From Bacteroidales bacterium (GTDB lineage: Bacteria; Bacteroidota; Bacteroidia; Bacteroidales; Azobacteroidaceae), in contig JAVBKX010000009.1 in the NCBI GenBank assembly GCA_031553835.1, positions 37,300 through 101,299 on the forward strand: a DNA stretch of 64,000 nucleotides, in the 5' to 3' direction. Below, in pieces: positions 18,709 through 27,411 of the stretch (the stretch's first letter is position 1; the number at the start of each line of letters is the position of its first letter). The position numbers and the translations under genes are program-made. A model generated the notes under the pieces. The model was given only the letters and a program-made list of their open reading frames with translations. It searched no databases and was not told where the DNA came from.

Positions 18709-18726
18709 ATCCCCAGTTCTGGGGAT
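18709..18726. promoter_or_regulatory. 18-bp palindrome ATCCCCAG-TT-CTGGGGAT in the divergent regulator / LRR-gene spacer (candidate operator)
   Basis: Perfect 8-bp half-sites read directly. GC-rich within an AT-rich spacer. Confidence 0.4.
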
Positions 18727-18792
18727 ATGAACAAAAAACTGACTAACTATTTTTACATCATCAAATATAATCATTTTAATTTATCACAAATT

Positions 18793-20211
18793 ATGAACAG
18801 ACAACTTTTTAATTGTAGGAAAATGGTTGCGATAGCAATCTGCTTCGTGAGTATTAATGTCTTTGCCAATGATACTATACGTATTACAATACAAGCTGAA
18901 TCCACATACAGGAGTGCAAAATTTTTTATAGGATCTACTGTTGGTGAGGAATTTAGCATTGATTGGGGGGCTGGCAAAGAACCTGTTACATACAAACAGG
19001 TAAGCAATATCGGCAAATCTGCAGAATATAAATATGCAAATACAGGTACTTATGAAATAACCATCATCCCAACTGAGGCTTGTAGTATTACAAGGTTAGA
19101 TTGCTGCATAGAAGAATATACTAATAAATTAATCAGTATAGAGTTGGGAAACAATACAACGCTTGAGACATTAAATTGCAATTATAATGAGTTAACAAGC
19201 TTAGACATAAGTGGCTGCACGGTTTTGCAATTTTTATATTGCAACGATAACAGGTTAAAGAATTTGGATGTTAGCAAGAATGCAAACTTAACCACTTTGC
19301 ATTGTGGCAATAATCAGTTAAGTAATTTAGAACTGAATAAAAATTTAGAGGAATTATCTTGTAGTAACAATGAGTTAGCCACTTTAGATTTGAGAGAATG
19401 CACCGCATTAACAAAATTATATTGTTCGGATAATCAATTAAACAATTTGGACGTTAGCAAGAATACGAAATTAACTCATTTAGATTGCCAGGCTAATCAG
19501 TTAACCAGTTTAGACCTAAGCGTACATACTGAATTGAGAGAATTATTTTGTAATTCAAATCTGTTAAGTAGTTTGGACCTAAGCAATATACGCTTACAAA
19601 ATTTATCTTGTTCGAACAATAAGTTAACCAATTTGGCTATATGGTCAGTACAAAATTTATCTTGTTCGAATAATCACCTCCCTCTTTCTAATTTATATGA
19701 AGTATCCCAAAAAAGTATTCAAAAGGTATTGGGAACACAAAAACTAATGCCACAGACTGTAAGTATTGGTAAGGTTCTTTTTTCGGAACAAAGCATATTC
19801 AATGAAAAGTACACAAAATATGCGGTAATGAAAAATGACAATCCGGCTCCCGCAAGTGATTATAGTGCAGATAATGGAAAAATCACATTCAATAGTTTGG
19901 GTAACTACATCGTAACCATGACCAACGAAGCAGTTGATTTATCCGGAGCTTTTCGAGCCGAAGTGATAGCAGAGCTTGAAGTTGTTGAAAGCACAGGACT
20001 ATCGAATATCAAAAGTACGGGTTTTAATATTTATCCGAATCCTACTACCGGTCTGGTTTATACTGAAACGGAAAGTGCAATAAAAGTCTATAATTTACAA
20101 GGGACTTTATTGTATGAAATTTTTGACACACAGGTAGATTTGTCAAACCATCCAAATGGAATCTATCTGTTACAGACAGATGGAAAAATGGCTAAAATCG
20201 TAAAACAATGA
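18793..20211 (+). CDS. Leucine-rich-repeat surface protein with T9SS C-terminal domain
   Basis: Trimmed to the ATG at 18793 (MNRQLFNCRKMVAIAICFVSINVFA signal). About 9 tandem ~22-aa LRRs (L..L.C..N.L..LD.S.N..L). C-terminus FNIYPNPTTGLVY...GIYLLQTDGKMAKIVKQ. Confidence 0.8.
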   Translation: MNRQLFNCRKMVAIAICFVSINVFANDTIRITIQAESTYRSAKFFIGSTVGEEFSIDWGAGKEPVTYKQVSNIGKSAEYKYANTGTYEITIIPTEACSITRLDCCIEEYTNKLISIELGNNTTLETLNCNYNELTSLDISGCTVLQFLYCNDNRLKNLDVSKNANLTTLHCGNNQLSNLELNKNLEELSCSNNELATLDLRECTALTKLYCSDNQLNNLDVSKNTKLTHLDCQANQLTSLDLSVHTELRELFCNSNLLSSLDLSNIRLQNLSCSNNKLTNLAIWSVQNLSCSNNHLPLSNLYEVSQKSIQKVLGTQKLMPQTVSIGKVLFSEQSIFNEKYTKYAVMKNDNPAPASDYSADNGKITFNSLGNYIVTMTNEAVDLSGAFRAEVIAELEVVESTGLSNIKSTGFNIYPNPTTGLVYTETESAIKVYNLQGTLLYEIFDTQVDLSNHPNGIYLLQTDGKMAKIVKQ

Positions 20212-20362
20212 GATATATCAACTTCAAAAGTTGAAAACTTGTGGATGAAATCTGTATTTTATGATAATTATATTAATTTTGTTGCATAGGTATACACTAA
20301 CAAAAGAATGACACAATTACTTTATACATCATCCAATATAATCATTTTTACTTATTACAATT

Positions 20363-22534
20363 ATGAACAGACATCTTTTAAAGTCCATTTTTGCAGCAAT
20401 AATGATATTTTTTGCTGTATTTACGGTAAAGGCTGCCGACCAAACAGTCAGCATCAACGGTTTGACAAATGCCGTTGCGGTTGAAACCGCACTACAGAAA
20501 GCCATTAATGCCGCAGGAGACAATGGAATAGTAACTGTAACAGGAACAACAAGTTGGACAACTGATGGTGCCTCGATAACGCTCGCCATTCCCAAGGATG
20601 TATCACTGTTGTGGACAGCAAGCCTCACCGGAAGTACTACTTCGGGCACACCATTGTTGGCCATCACCGGAGGGAATATCGAAGTGCCGACCGATGGATT
20701 AATAGCACAGGCCCGCTATAATAGCATAGCAATATCTACCGATAGCAATGTTACTATTAGCGGCGGAACAGTAAATGCACACATTGGTAACAGCGCTATA
20801 TTAGCTACCGGTGAAAGTAGCGTAGTTACTGTCAACAGTGGAGCGGTGAATAATACAATTCGAGTCACCGGCAAAAATGGCGCAATTACCGTCAGTGGCG
20901 GAACAGTGACTTCCGGAACTTTTGAAGGTACAATTCAAGCCAACGGAACCAACAGTACGGTTACCGTTGCCGGCGGACAGGTGAACCACACAGGTACTGG
21001 ATATGCAATCAATACCGAAGGCGAGAGTAGCTCAATCATTATCAGCGGCGGACAGGTAAACTATCAAATTAGTTCCATAGGTAATAGCAGCACAGTCATT
21101 GTTAGCGGTAACGGAAAGAGTTCGAGAATCTATTCCAAAGGCAATGTAGAAATTAAGGATAACGCCCGTGTGAGCGCCACTGGTACCAACAGTGCAATTT
21201 ATGTTGCAGGCCAAAGAGGCGTTGTAACCGTTAGCGGAGGAACAGTGAACGCTACACAAGGCAGAGCAATAGCTATGGAGGATACTGACGGAGTCGTACA
21301 TGTCAGCGGTGGGACAATAAGTACCGATTCTGGCACAACAATTGATGCCATGGGGTCAAACAGTACGGTTATTGTTTCCGGAGGAAAGATAATAAAAAGC
21401 ACAACAACAAGTTATACAACCGGCGCTATCAGTGCTGCAAACATTGAAGTGAAAGGTGATGCCGAAATCACTTACGAAAAAGGCGCTGCAATTACTGCAA
21501 AAGGTAATGTTACCATTAGTGGTGGAACACTCAGAGGAGGTAATAGCGGGACAATTGATGTTAGTGGAACAAACAGCAAAGTCTCTGTCAGTGGAGGAAC
21601 CGTAAGTTCTTCCGGTAGAGGTATCTACACCTCCGGAACAGGTAGTACGGTCACTATCAGTGGTAATGGCAAAGTGGAGGGAGGATTCTATGGCGAAACT
21701 ATTTGGGCTGCTGGTAATGTGGAAGTAAAAGAAAATGCTGAGGTTAATGCATTTAGCGGTAACAACGCAATTTTTTCCAGAGGTGCAACAATTATTGTTA
21801 GCGGTGGCACCGTTTTTTCTTCGGGCCAAGCAATTCGTATGAATAGTACAAACAGCAACATTATTGTCAGTGGAGGCAAAGTCAATTCCACGTGGCGGGC
21901 TATTGAAAACACGGGTACTAATGGCAAGGTCTCTATTACAGGAGGAATGGTAACCGCTACTACTGGTTATGCAATTTTGGTAACTGACGCAAATAGCAGA
22001 ATTACAATCAGCGGCGGAGTAGTATTCGCTTACGAACCAGTTATTTCAATAAAAGAAGAAAGTAATTTCACCGGTGTTAGCGGCACCGGTATAGTCATTG
22101 CATGGAATCAGGAAGCGGGTAATACTTCTTATGTCAAAGGTACTATCAATGATTTGTCTATGCTGCCTCTCGGATGCGCTAAGTGGGATAAAGTCTCCGA
22201 AGATGGTGGTATCGCGTATGAGAATGGTACAAACAAAGGATTTATCGCACTCGAAGATATTACCATTGCTGAAGGGAGCGGAATTACTGCTCCTCAAACC
22301 GAATTATTGAAAATCTATCCTAATCCTGTAACTACAGAATTATATATACAACTGGCCACACAGGAAACAGTAGATTATTCCATTTACAATAATGCAGGAC
22401 ACGTTGTTATGCGAGGGAAATTGCAAAATGAATCAATAATTAACGTACAATCTTTATCCAATGGAATTTATTATATGAAAATTATAGGTAAAGAAAACAC
22501 AGTGATGAAATTTAATATCAACCATGGAAGTTGA
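20363..22534 (+). CDS. Highly repetitive (beta-helix-like) surface protein with T9SS C-terminal domain
   Basis: Signal peptide; more than 20 degenerate 25-30-aa repeats centred on (V/I)(T/S)(V/I)SGG(T/Q)V. C-terminus LKIYPNPVTTELYIQL...GIYYMKIIG. Confidence 0.75.
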   Translation: MNRHLLKSIFAAIMIFFAVFTVKAADQTVSINGLTNAVAVETALQKAINAAGDNGIVTVTGTTSWTTDGASITLAIPKDVSLLWTASLTGSTTSGTPLLAITGGNIEVPTDGLIAQARYNSIAISTDSNVTISGGTVNAHIGNSAILATGESSVVTVNSGAVNNTIRVTGKNGAITVSGGTVTSGTFEGTIQANGTNSTVTVAGGQVNHTGTGYAINTEGESSSIIISGGQVNYQISSIGNSSTVIVSGNGKSSRIYSKGNVEIKDNARVSATGTNSAIYVAGQRGVVTVSGGTVNATQGRAIAMEDTDGVVHVSGGTISTDSGTTIDAMGSNSTVIVSGGKIIKSTTTSYTTGAISAANIEVKGDAEITYEKGAAITAKGNVTISGGTLRGGNSGTIDVSGTNSKVSVSGGTVSSSGRGIYTSGTGSTVTISGNGKVEGGFYGETIWAAGNVEVKENAEVNAFSGNNAIFSRGATIIVSGGTVFSSGQAIRMNSTNSNIIVSGGKVNSTWRAIENTGTNGKVSITGGMVTATTGYAILVTDANSRITISGGVVFAYEPVISIKEESNFTGVSGTGIVIAWNQEAGNTSYVKGTINDLSMLPLGCAKWDKVSEDGGIAYENGTNKGFIALEDITIAEGSGITAPQTELLKIYPNPVTTELYIQLATQETVDYSIYNNAGHVVMRGKLQNESIINVQSLSNGIYYMKIIGKENTVMKFNINHGS

Positions 22535-22639
22535 AAACTTGTGGATGAAATCTGATTACTTTTGATAAAATATACTTGATTCGTATTGAAATATATCTAT
22601 AGTAATGCGATTATTAAATTTCCAACATTAGTTTTTCTT

Positions 22640-22671
22640 TTCTGTTATTTTATTGTAAACAGAATTTTTTT
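22640..22671 (+). terminator. Weak AT-rich intrinsic terminator candidate
   Basis: TTCTGTT (22640-22646) pairs with AACAGAA (22658-22664), followed by T7 (22665-22671). Confidence 0.35.
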
Positions 22672-23017
22672 AGGTTTTGTAGATAAACACGAATGCTTTT
22701 TTTTAACAAAAAGCGTTATTAACAAAATCTCAATAAATTAAATAATCAATTATAAATTAACTGATTATAAAATAAAAACATGTTGATAACAGTTCATCTG
22801 ATCCGGATAGACTTTTGATAATTTAAGATGCAAATTTTTTAACTATAATTTTTCAGACCTATCAACAGCTGATTATACTTATCATATTTAAATTTTAAAT
22901 TTTAAAAGAAATATATAATATAATAGATAATGGAAAAATGAAAGAATTACGAAAATAAAGACAGTATTAAATTTTTTCACTACCTTCATTCTTTCATTTC
23001 TAAATTTTAAATGTGTT

Positions 23018-23998
23018 ATGAATACTCCTGCCGGATTTTTAGATATTCCGATTCCCGGTGATCTTCATTTGAAAGAAGCGATAGATCAATTAAGGAAAGA
23101 AAAAAATGCTGTGATTTTAGCCCATTACTACCAAATGGGAGAAATTCAGGATATTGCTGATTTTGTCGGCGATAGTTTGGCTTTGGCGCAATGGGCAGCT
23201 AAAACAACAGCTGATGTCATAGTGCTTTGCGGTGTTCATTTTATGGGAGAAACAGCCAAAATACTTTGTCCTGATAAACGGGTTTTTGTTCCTGATCTGA
23301 ATGCAGGCTGTTCGTTAGCAGATAGTTGTCCTGCCGATGAATTTGAAAAATTTATCAAAGAACATCCCGGTCATACCGTAATTTCTTATGTCAATACGAC
23401 TGCTGCGGTAAAAGCATTGACCGATGTGGTGGTAACTTCTTCCAATGCCCGTCAAATTGTAGAGAGTTTTCCTCCTGAAACGCCGATAATCTTCGGACCC
23501 GACCGCAACCTCGGAAATTATATTAATAGCCTTACAGGGCGAAATATGGTGCTTTGGGATGGAGCATGTCATGTTCACGAACAATTTTCATTGGAAAAAT
23601 TGTTGCAATTGAAAAAAGCACATCCCAATGCGTTAGTATTAGCACATCCCGAATGTAAAAGTGTTGTGCTGAAAGTAGCCGACCATATTGGTTCTACAGC
23701 ATCGTTGTTGAAATATACGAGCGCTTCTCCTGCTAAGGAATTTATTGTAGCAACAGAATCCGGTATTTTACATGAAATGCAGAAAAAAAGTCCGGATAAA
23801 ATATTTATTCCTGTTCCTCCTAATGACAGTACTTGTGCTTGTAACGAATGCAATTTTATGCGGTTGAATACATTAGGGAAATTATATAACTGTCTGAAAT
23901 ATGAAATTCCTGAAATTTTTGTAGATGAAGGTATCCGTAAAAAGGCGGTAAAACCAATTCAACGGATGCTGGAGATTTCGGAGAAATTGGGGTTATAA
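23018..23998 (+). CDS. nadA: Quinolinate synthase
   Basis: 326 aa with the NadA pattern AHYYQMGEIQDIADFVGDSL and conserved Cys-containing segments. Confidence 0.9.
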   Translation: MNTPAGFLDIPIPGDLHLKEAIDQLRKEKNAVILAHYYQMGEIQDIADFVGDSLALAQWAAKTTADVIVLCGVHFMGETAKILCPDKRVFVPDLNAGCSLADSCPADEFEKFIKEHPGHTVISYVNTTAAVKALTDVVVTSSNARQIVESFPPETPIIFGPDRNLGNYINSLTGRNMVLWDGACHVHEQFSLEKLLQLKKAHPNALVLAHPECKSVVLKVADHIGSTASLLKYTSASPAKEFIVATESGILHEMQKKSPDKIFIPVPPNDSTCACNECNFMRLNTLGKLYNCLKYEIPEIFVDEGIRKKAVKPIQRMLEISEKLGL

Positions 23999-24000
23999 TC

Positions 24001-24186
24001 TTACTACGTAGTAGTTCATTAACCAGTGGTTTTAACCGCTGGAAGTCGCGGATAACTCTCGGCTAAAAAGTTGCATAGCAACGTAGCTTGACTTCTCCTG
24101 CGCTACTACGCAGCTTGTGTTTGGTGGTAGGTTCTTTGTCCAGTAGTTAAAACTACTGGTTAATAAGGCGGTGTCACGATGTGACA
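24001..24186. repeat. REP-like hairpin array (units A-B-C-D) flanking the Y1 transposase
   Basis: Unit A 24001-24045 (hairpin CCAGTGG..CCGCTGG). Unit B 24066-24089 (AAAGTTGCATAGCAACGTAGCT). Unit C 24092-24117. Unit D 24140-24186 (CCAGTAGTTAAAACTACTGG + GTGTCACGATGTGACA). Confidence 0.85.
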
Positions 24187-24205
24187 GGTTTTTAGTTGGT
24201 GAGAT

Positions 24206-24673
24206 TTATTGTTGTTCAAAAAATTCAAATAAATATCTTTCATCGTATTGGATGTTGAATTTTTGTAAAAAATCCAAATATTCTTCTTTGAAATTATGCT
24301 TTTTGTGATGAATTGGTTGATTCAGTATGTAATTGATTACAACTTGTTGATGTGATTGCGAATAAGAAAATGCACCAAATCCTGTTTGCCATTGAAAATG
24401 AAAAGGTAAAAATTGTTGCTCATTGATAAACTTTGAAGATTTTGCTTTAATTATTTTTACTAAATCAGATACTGAAATTGCAGGATGAATTCCTACTAAT
24501 ATGTGCGTATGGTCTGGATTGCAATATATTGCCAAAGGTTTACATTTTTCAGAAGAAATAATGCCACAAATGTACTTTTCGATTCTTTCCCGAAAAGATT
24601 CGTTGATAAGATATTGACGATTGTGTACTGTAAAAACTATCTGTACACATAATTGTGAATAGGTATTGGCCAT
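24206..24673 (-). CDS. IS200/IS605-family Y1 (HUH) transposase, REP-associated (RAYT-like)
   Basis: ORF 24206..24814 trimmed to the ATG at 24673 (MANTYSQLCVQIVFTV), because the upstream extension translates REP sequence. HUH-type motif PDHTHIL and Tyr motif NYILNQ. Flanked by REP-like hairpins. Confidence 0.8.
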   Translation of the reverse strand: MANTYSQLCVQIVFTVHNRQYLINESFRERIEKYICGIISSEKCKPLAIYCNPDHTHILVGIHPAISVSDLVKIIKAKSSKFINEQQFLPFHFQWQTGFGAFSYSQSHQQVVINYILNQPIHHKKHNFKEEYLDFLQKFNIQYDERYLFEFFEQQ

Positions 24674-24718
24674 AATGATTCGGTTTTTGGTTAAAGTTGC
24701 ACAAATATAGATATTTTT

Positions 24719-24949
24719 CTTCTCCTGCGCTGCTATGGAGCTTATTTTTTGTAGACTCCTCTGTTTCCAGTGGTCAAAACCACTGGTTAATAAGGCGGTG
24801 TCACTCTGTGACAATTTGCAGTATAGTTATGTAATTGTTTTTGAAAAATAGCTACGTAGTAGCTTGGCCTCATTAATCAGTGATTTTAATCACTGGAAAG
24901 AGGATAGGTAGATGATATCTCTCCTCTAAAGTTGCGTAGCAACGTAGCT
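24719..24949. repeat. REP-like hairpin array (units C'-D'-A'-B') on the other side of the Y1 transposase
   Basis: Unit C' 24719-24743. Unit D' 24767-24813 (42/47 identical to D). Unit A' 24851-24900 (hairpin CAGTGAT..ATCACTG). Unit B' 24927-24949. Confidence 0.85.
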
Positions 24950-24953
24950 GATG

Positions 24954-26633
24954 CTATTCCAGCAACTCCTCTGCCCTATACAGTGCATCGTTAATATTGC
25001 TGCAAATATTTTCTTTTCCTACCTGATCGGAAAATCCTGATTTGTCGAGCATTTCTTTAATTTTATTATTTACACCCGATAATACTAATTGGATATTTTC
25101 TTTTTTAGACAGGCGGTATAAACTTTCCAGATTGTGCAATCCGGTAGAGTCCATAAAAGGAACTTTACGCATACGGATGATGCGGACTTTCGGTTTTTCA
25201 CTTCCGATTTGTTTCATACTTTCGTCAAATTTATTGGCAATTCCAAAGAAGAAAGGTCCGTCGATTTCATATACTTCTACTCCTTTCGGAAGTAATAATT
25301 TATCGTTATCAGCTGTTTTTTCAACATCCGATTCCATATTTAATTCATTGGTAATGATTGAGATATTGGATGTTTCACTTACCCGGCGCATGAATAATAC
25401 CATGGCAATTAACAATCCTATTTCGATCGCAATTGTTAAATCCAAAATGACTGTGAGGAAAAAAGTGACTAATAATACGGTTACTTCCGATTTAGGACTT
25501 TTCAAAATGGAACGAAAAGTACGCCATTCACTCATATTGTAAGAAACAATAATCAATACTCCTGCCAGGCAGGCCATGGGAATATGTTTTGTCAATGGAC
25601 CTAAGAAAAGAAGGATTAATAACAAAACAATAGCATGTATAATTCCTGCTACAGGTGAACGTCCTCCGTTGTTGATATTGGTCATTGTACGTGCAATAGC
25701 TCCTGTTGCCGGAATTCCTCCAAATAAAGGAGTGATGATGTTAGCGGCTCCCTGGGCAATCAATTCGGTATTGGAATTATGTTTGTCTCCCGTTACCCCG
25801 TCTGCCACTGTGGCTGAAAGCAATGATTCGATAGCTCCTAACATTGCTATAGTGAAAGCAGCCGGAAGCAAAAGATTAATCGTTTCCATATTGATTGGAA
25901 TAGTGGTAGGTTCAGGAAGCGAGGCATTGATTTCAAACCGGTCGCCAATCGTTTCTATGGATGTTATTCCAACATAATTTCGTAAAATGTAAACAACAAT
26001 TGTCATCACTATAATGGCAATTAAAGAACCTGGTATTTTTTTTATAATTTTTTGTGAATAAATGATGATAAGAATACTACTTATTCCAATAAGAAATGGC
26101 CAAATATTAAATGTATTTATCGCTTTTCCATAAGCAATCCATTTGGAAATGAAGTCTGCCGGAACGCTTTCCATTGTCAGGCCAAACAAATCTTTCATTT
26201 GCGTGGTAAAAATAGTCAAAGCAATTCCGCTTGTAAAACCGACAATGATAGGGTAAGGCATAAATTTAATGACTGTTCCCAATTTTAGAATACCCATCAA
26301 TATGAGCATTACACCTGCAATCAATGTGGCAATGGCTAATCCTTGTACTCCGAATTGTTGTACAATACCATAAACGATGATAATGAATGCACCCGTAGGC
26401 CCTCCGATCTGAACGGTACTTCCTCCTAAAAAAGAAATGATAAAACCGGCAATGATGGCGGTGATTAATCCTTTTTCCGGGCTTACTCCCGAAGCGATAC
26501 CAAATGCAATAGCTAAGGGAAGGGCAACGATTCCTACTATAATTCCGGCCATTAAATCGGCCGTAAATTTTTCTTTAGAATAATTTTTTAAAGAAATGAA
26601 TAGCTGGGGTTTGAAATCAAGATTTAATTTCAT
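24954..26633 (-). CDS. SulP-family anion transporter with C-terminal STAS domain
   Basis: 559 aa with about 11 hydrophobic segments and a soluble C-terminal STAS-like domain (VRIIRMRKVPFMDSTGLHNLESL). Confidence 0.88.
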   Translation of the reverse strand: MKLNLDFKPQLFISLKNYSKEKFTADLMAGIIVGIVALPLAIAFGIASGVSPEKGLITAIIAGFIISFLGGSTVQIGGPTGAFIIIVYGIVQQFGVQGLAIATLIAGVMLILMGILKLGTVIKFMPYPIIVGFTSGIALTIFTTQMKDLFGLTMESVPADFISKWIAYGKAINTFNIWPFLIGISSILIIIYSQKIIKKIPGSLIAIIVMTIVVYILRNYVGITSIETIGDRFEINASLPEPTTIPINMETINLLLPAAFTIAMLGAIESLLSATVADGVTGDKHNSNTELIAQGAANIITPLFGGIPATGAIARTMTNINNGGRSPVAGIIHAIVLLLILLFLGPLTKHIPMACLAGVLIIVSYNMSEWRTFRSILKSPKSEVTVLLVTFFLTVILDLTIAIEIGLLIAMVLFMRRVSETSNISIITNELNMESDVEKTADNDKLLLPKGVEVYEIDGPFFFGIANKFDESMKQIGSEKPKVRIIRMRKVPFMDSTGLHNLESLYRLSKKENIQLVLSGVNNKIKEMLDKSGFSDQVGKENICSNINDALYRAEELLE

Positions 26634-26685
26634 ATATTCGTAATCTAAATTGTTGATTATATATACGTTGTAATAAAAAATGCTG

Positions 26686-26693
26686 CAAAGTTA
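26686..26693 (-). promoter_or_regulatory. Bacteroidota -7 box TAACTTTG (TAnnTTTG) upstream of the SulP gene
   Basis: The reverse complement of CAAAGTTA matches the TAnnTTTG consensus, about 53 nt upstream of the ATG. Confidence 0.4.
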
Positions 26694-26802
26694 TAAAATA
26701 TTCTAAATAACGTAAGTTTATCAACAAGCAGAGTGTGGTAATTGTTGTAATATTAATCATGTAGTGCGGTTTTTATATCGTAAGACGACAAAGTAATTTT
26801 TT

Positions 26803-27384
26803 ATGGAAGAAAAAAGTTTGAAAGGAACTCGTACGGAACAAAATTTATTGAAAGCTTTTGCAGGAGAATCACAGGCGAGAAGCCGTTACACTTTTTTTGC
26901 AAGTGTGGCAAAAAAAGAAGGTTATGAGCAAATTGCAGGTGTTTTTATGGAAACTGCCGAACAAGAAAAAGAACACGCAAAACGATTTTTTAAATTCTTA
27001 GAAGGAGGAATGGTCGAAATTACGGCAACTTATCCTGCCGGAATTATTGGAACTACGCCGCAAAATCTTTTGGCTGCTGCGGAAGGTGAGTTGGAAGAAT
27101 GGGATGTACTCTATAAAGAATTTGCAGAAGCAGCTACTGAAGAAGGTTTTCCTCAAGTGGCCACTGCTTTTCGTATGATTGCCCGGGTAGAGGCCGAACA
27201 TGAAGCTCGTTATCGTAAACTATTGGCAAATATTGAGAAAAATGAAGTGTTCAAAAAAGAAGAGGAAATAGAATGGCAATGCCGTAATTGCGGTTATGTG
27301 CACAAAGGAAAAGGCGCTCCAAACACCTGCCCTGCTTGTGTGCATCCTCAATCTTTTTTTGAACCGAAAAAGACTAATTATTAA
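26803..27384 (+). CDS. rbr: Rubrerythrin
   Basis: Ferritin-like diiron motifs (EQEKEHAKRF, EAEHEARY) plus a C-terminal rubredoxin-like CRNCGY...CPAC. Confidence 0.9.
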   Translation: MEEKSLKGTRTEQNLLKAFAGESQARSRYTFFASVAKKEGYEQIAGVFMETAEQEKEHAKRFFKFLEGGMVEITATYPAGIIGTTPQNLLAAAEGELEEWDVLYKEFAEAATEEGFPQVATAFRMIARVEAEHEARYRKLLANIEKNEVFKKEEEIEWQCRNCGYVHKGKGAPNTCPACVHPQSFFEPKKTNY

Positions 27385-27411
27385 AAAAAATCCTCGCAAG
27401 GGGTAATACCC

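Noticed and set aside
18727-18792. Upstream extension of the LRR protein ORF (MNKKLTNYFYIIKYNHFNLSQI).
   Set aside because: It overlaps the conserved non-coding leader block shared with the next gene. A proper signal peptide begins at the ATG at 18793, matching the MNR start of the paralogous cassette.
20329-22297. Many minus-strand and alternative-frame ORFs (for example 20329..20667, 21356..21829, 21688..21927) inside the 20363..22534 gene.
   Set aside because: They are mirror or alternate-frame artefacts of a repetitive, Gly/Thr/Ser-rich (GGN/ACN) coding sequence. The plus-strand ORF has a signal peptide, a repeat structure and a T9SS C-terminal domain.
24674-24814. N-terminal 47-aa extension of the transposase ORF (MSQSDTALLTSGFDHWKQ...).
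   Set aside because: The extension translates REP unit D', which is repeated as non-coding DNA on the other side of the gene. The conserved Y1 transposase sequence starts at MANTYSQL (ATG at 24673).
25042-25977. Plus-strand ORFs 25042..25542 and 25576..25977.
   Set aside because: They are antisense to the full-length SulP transporter gene and show no recognisable motifs.
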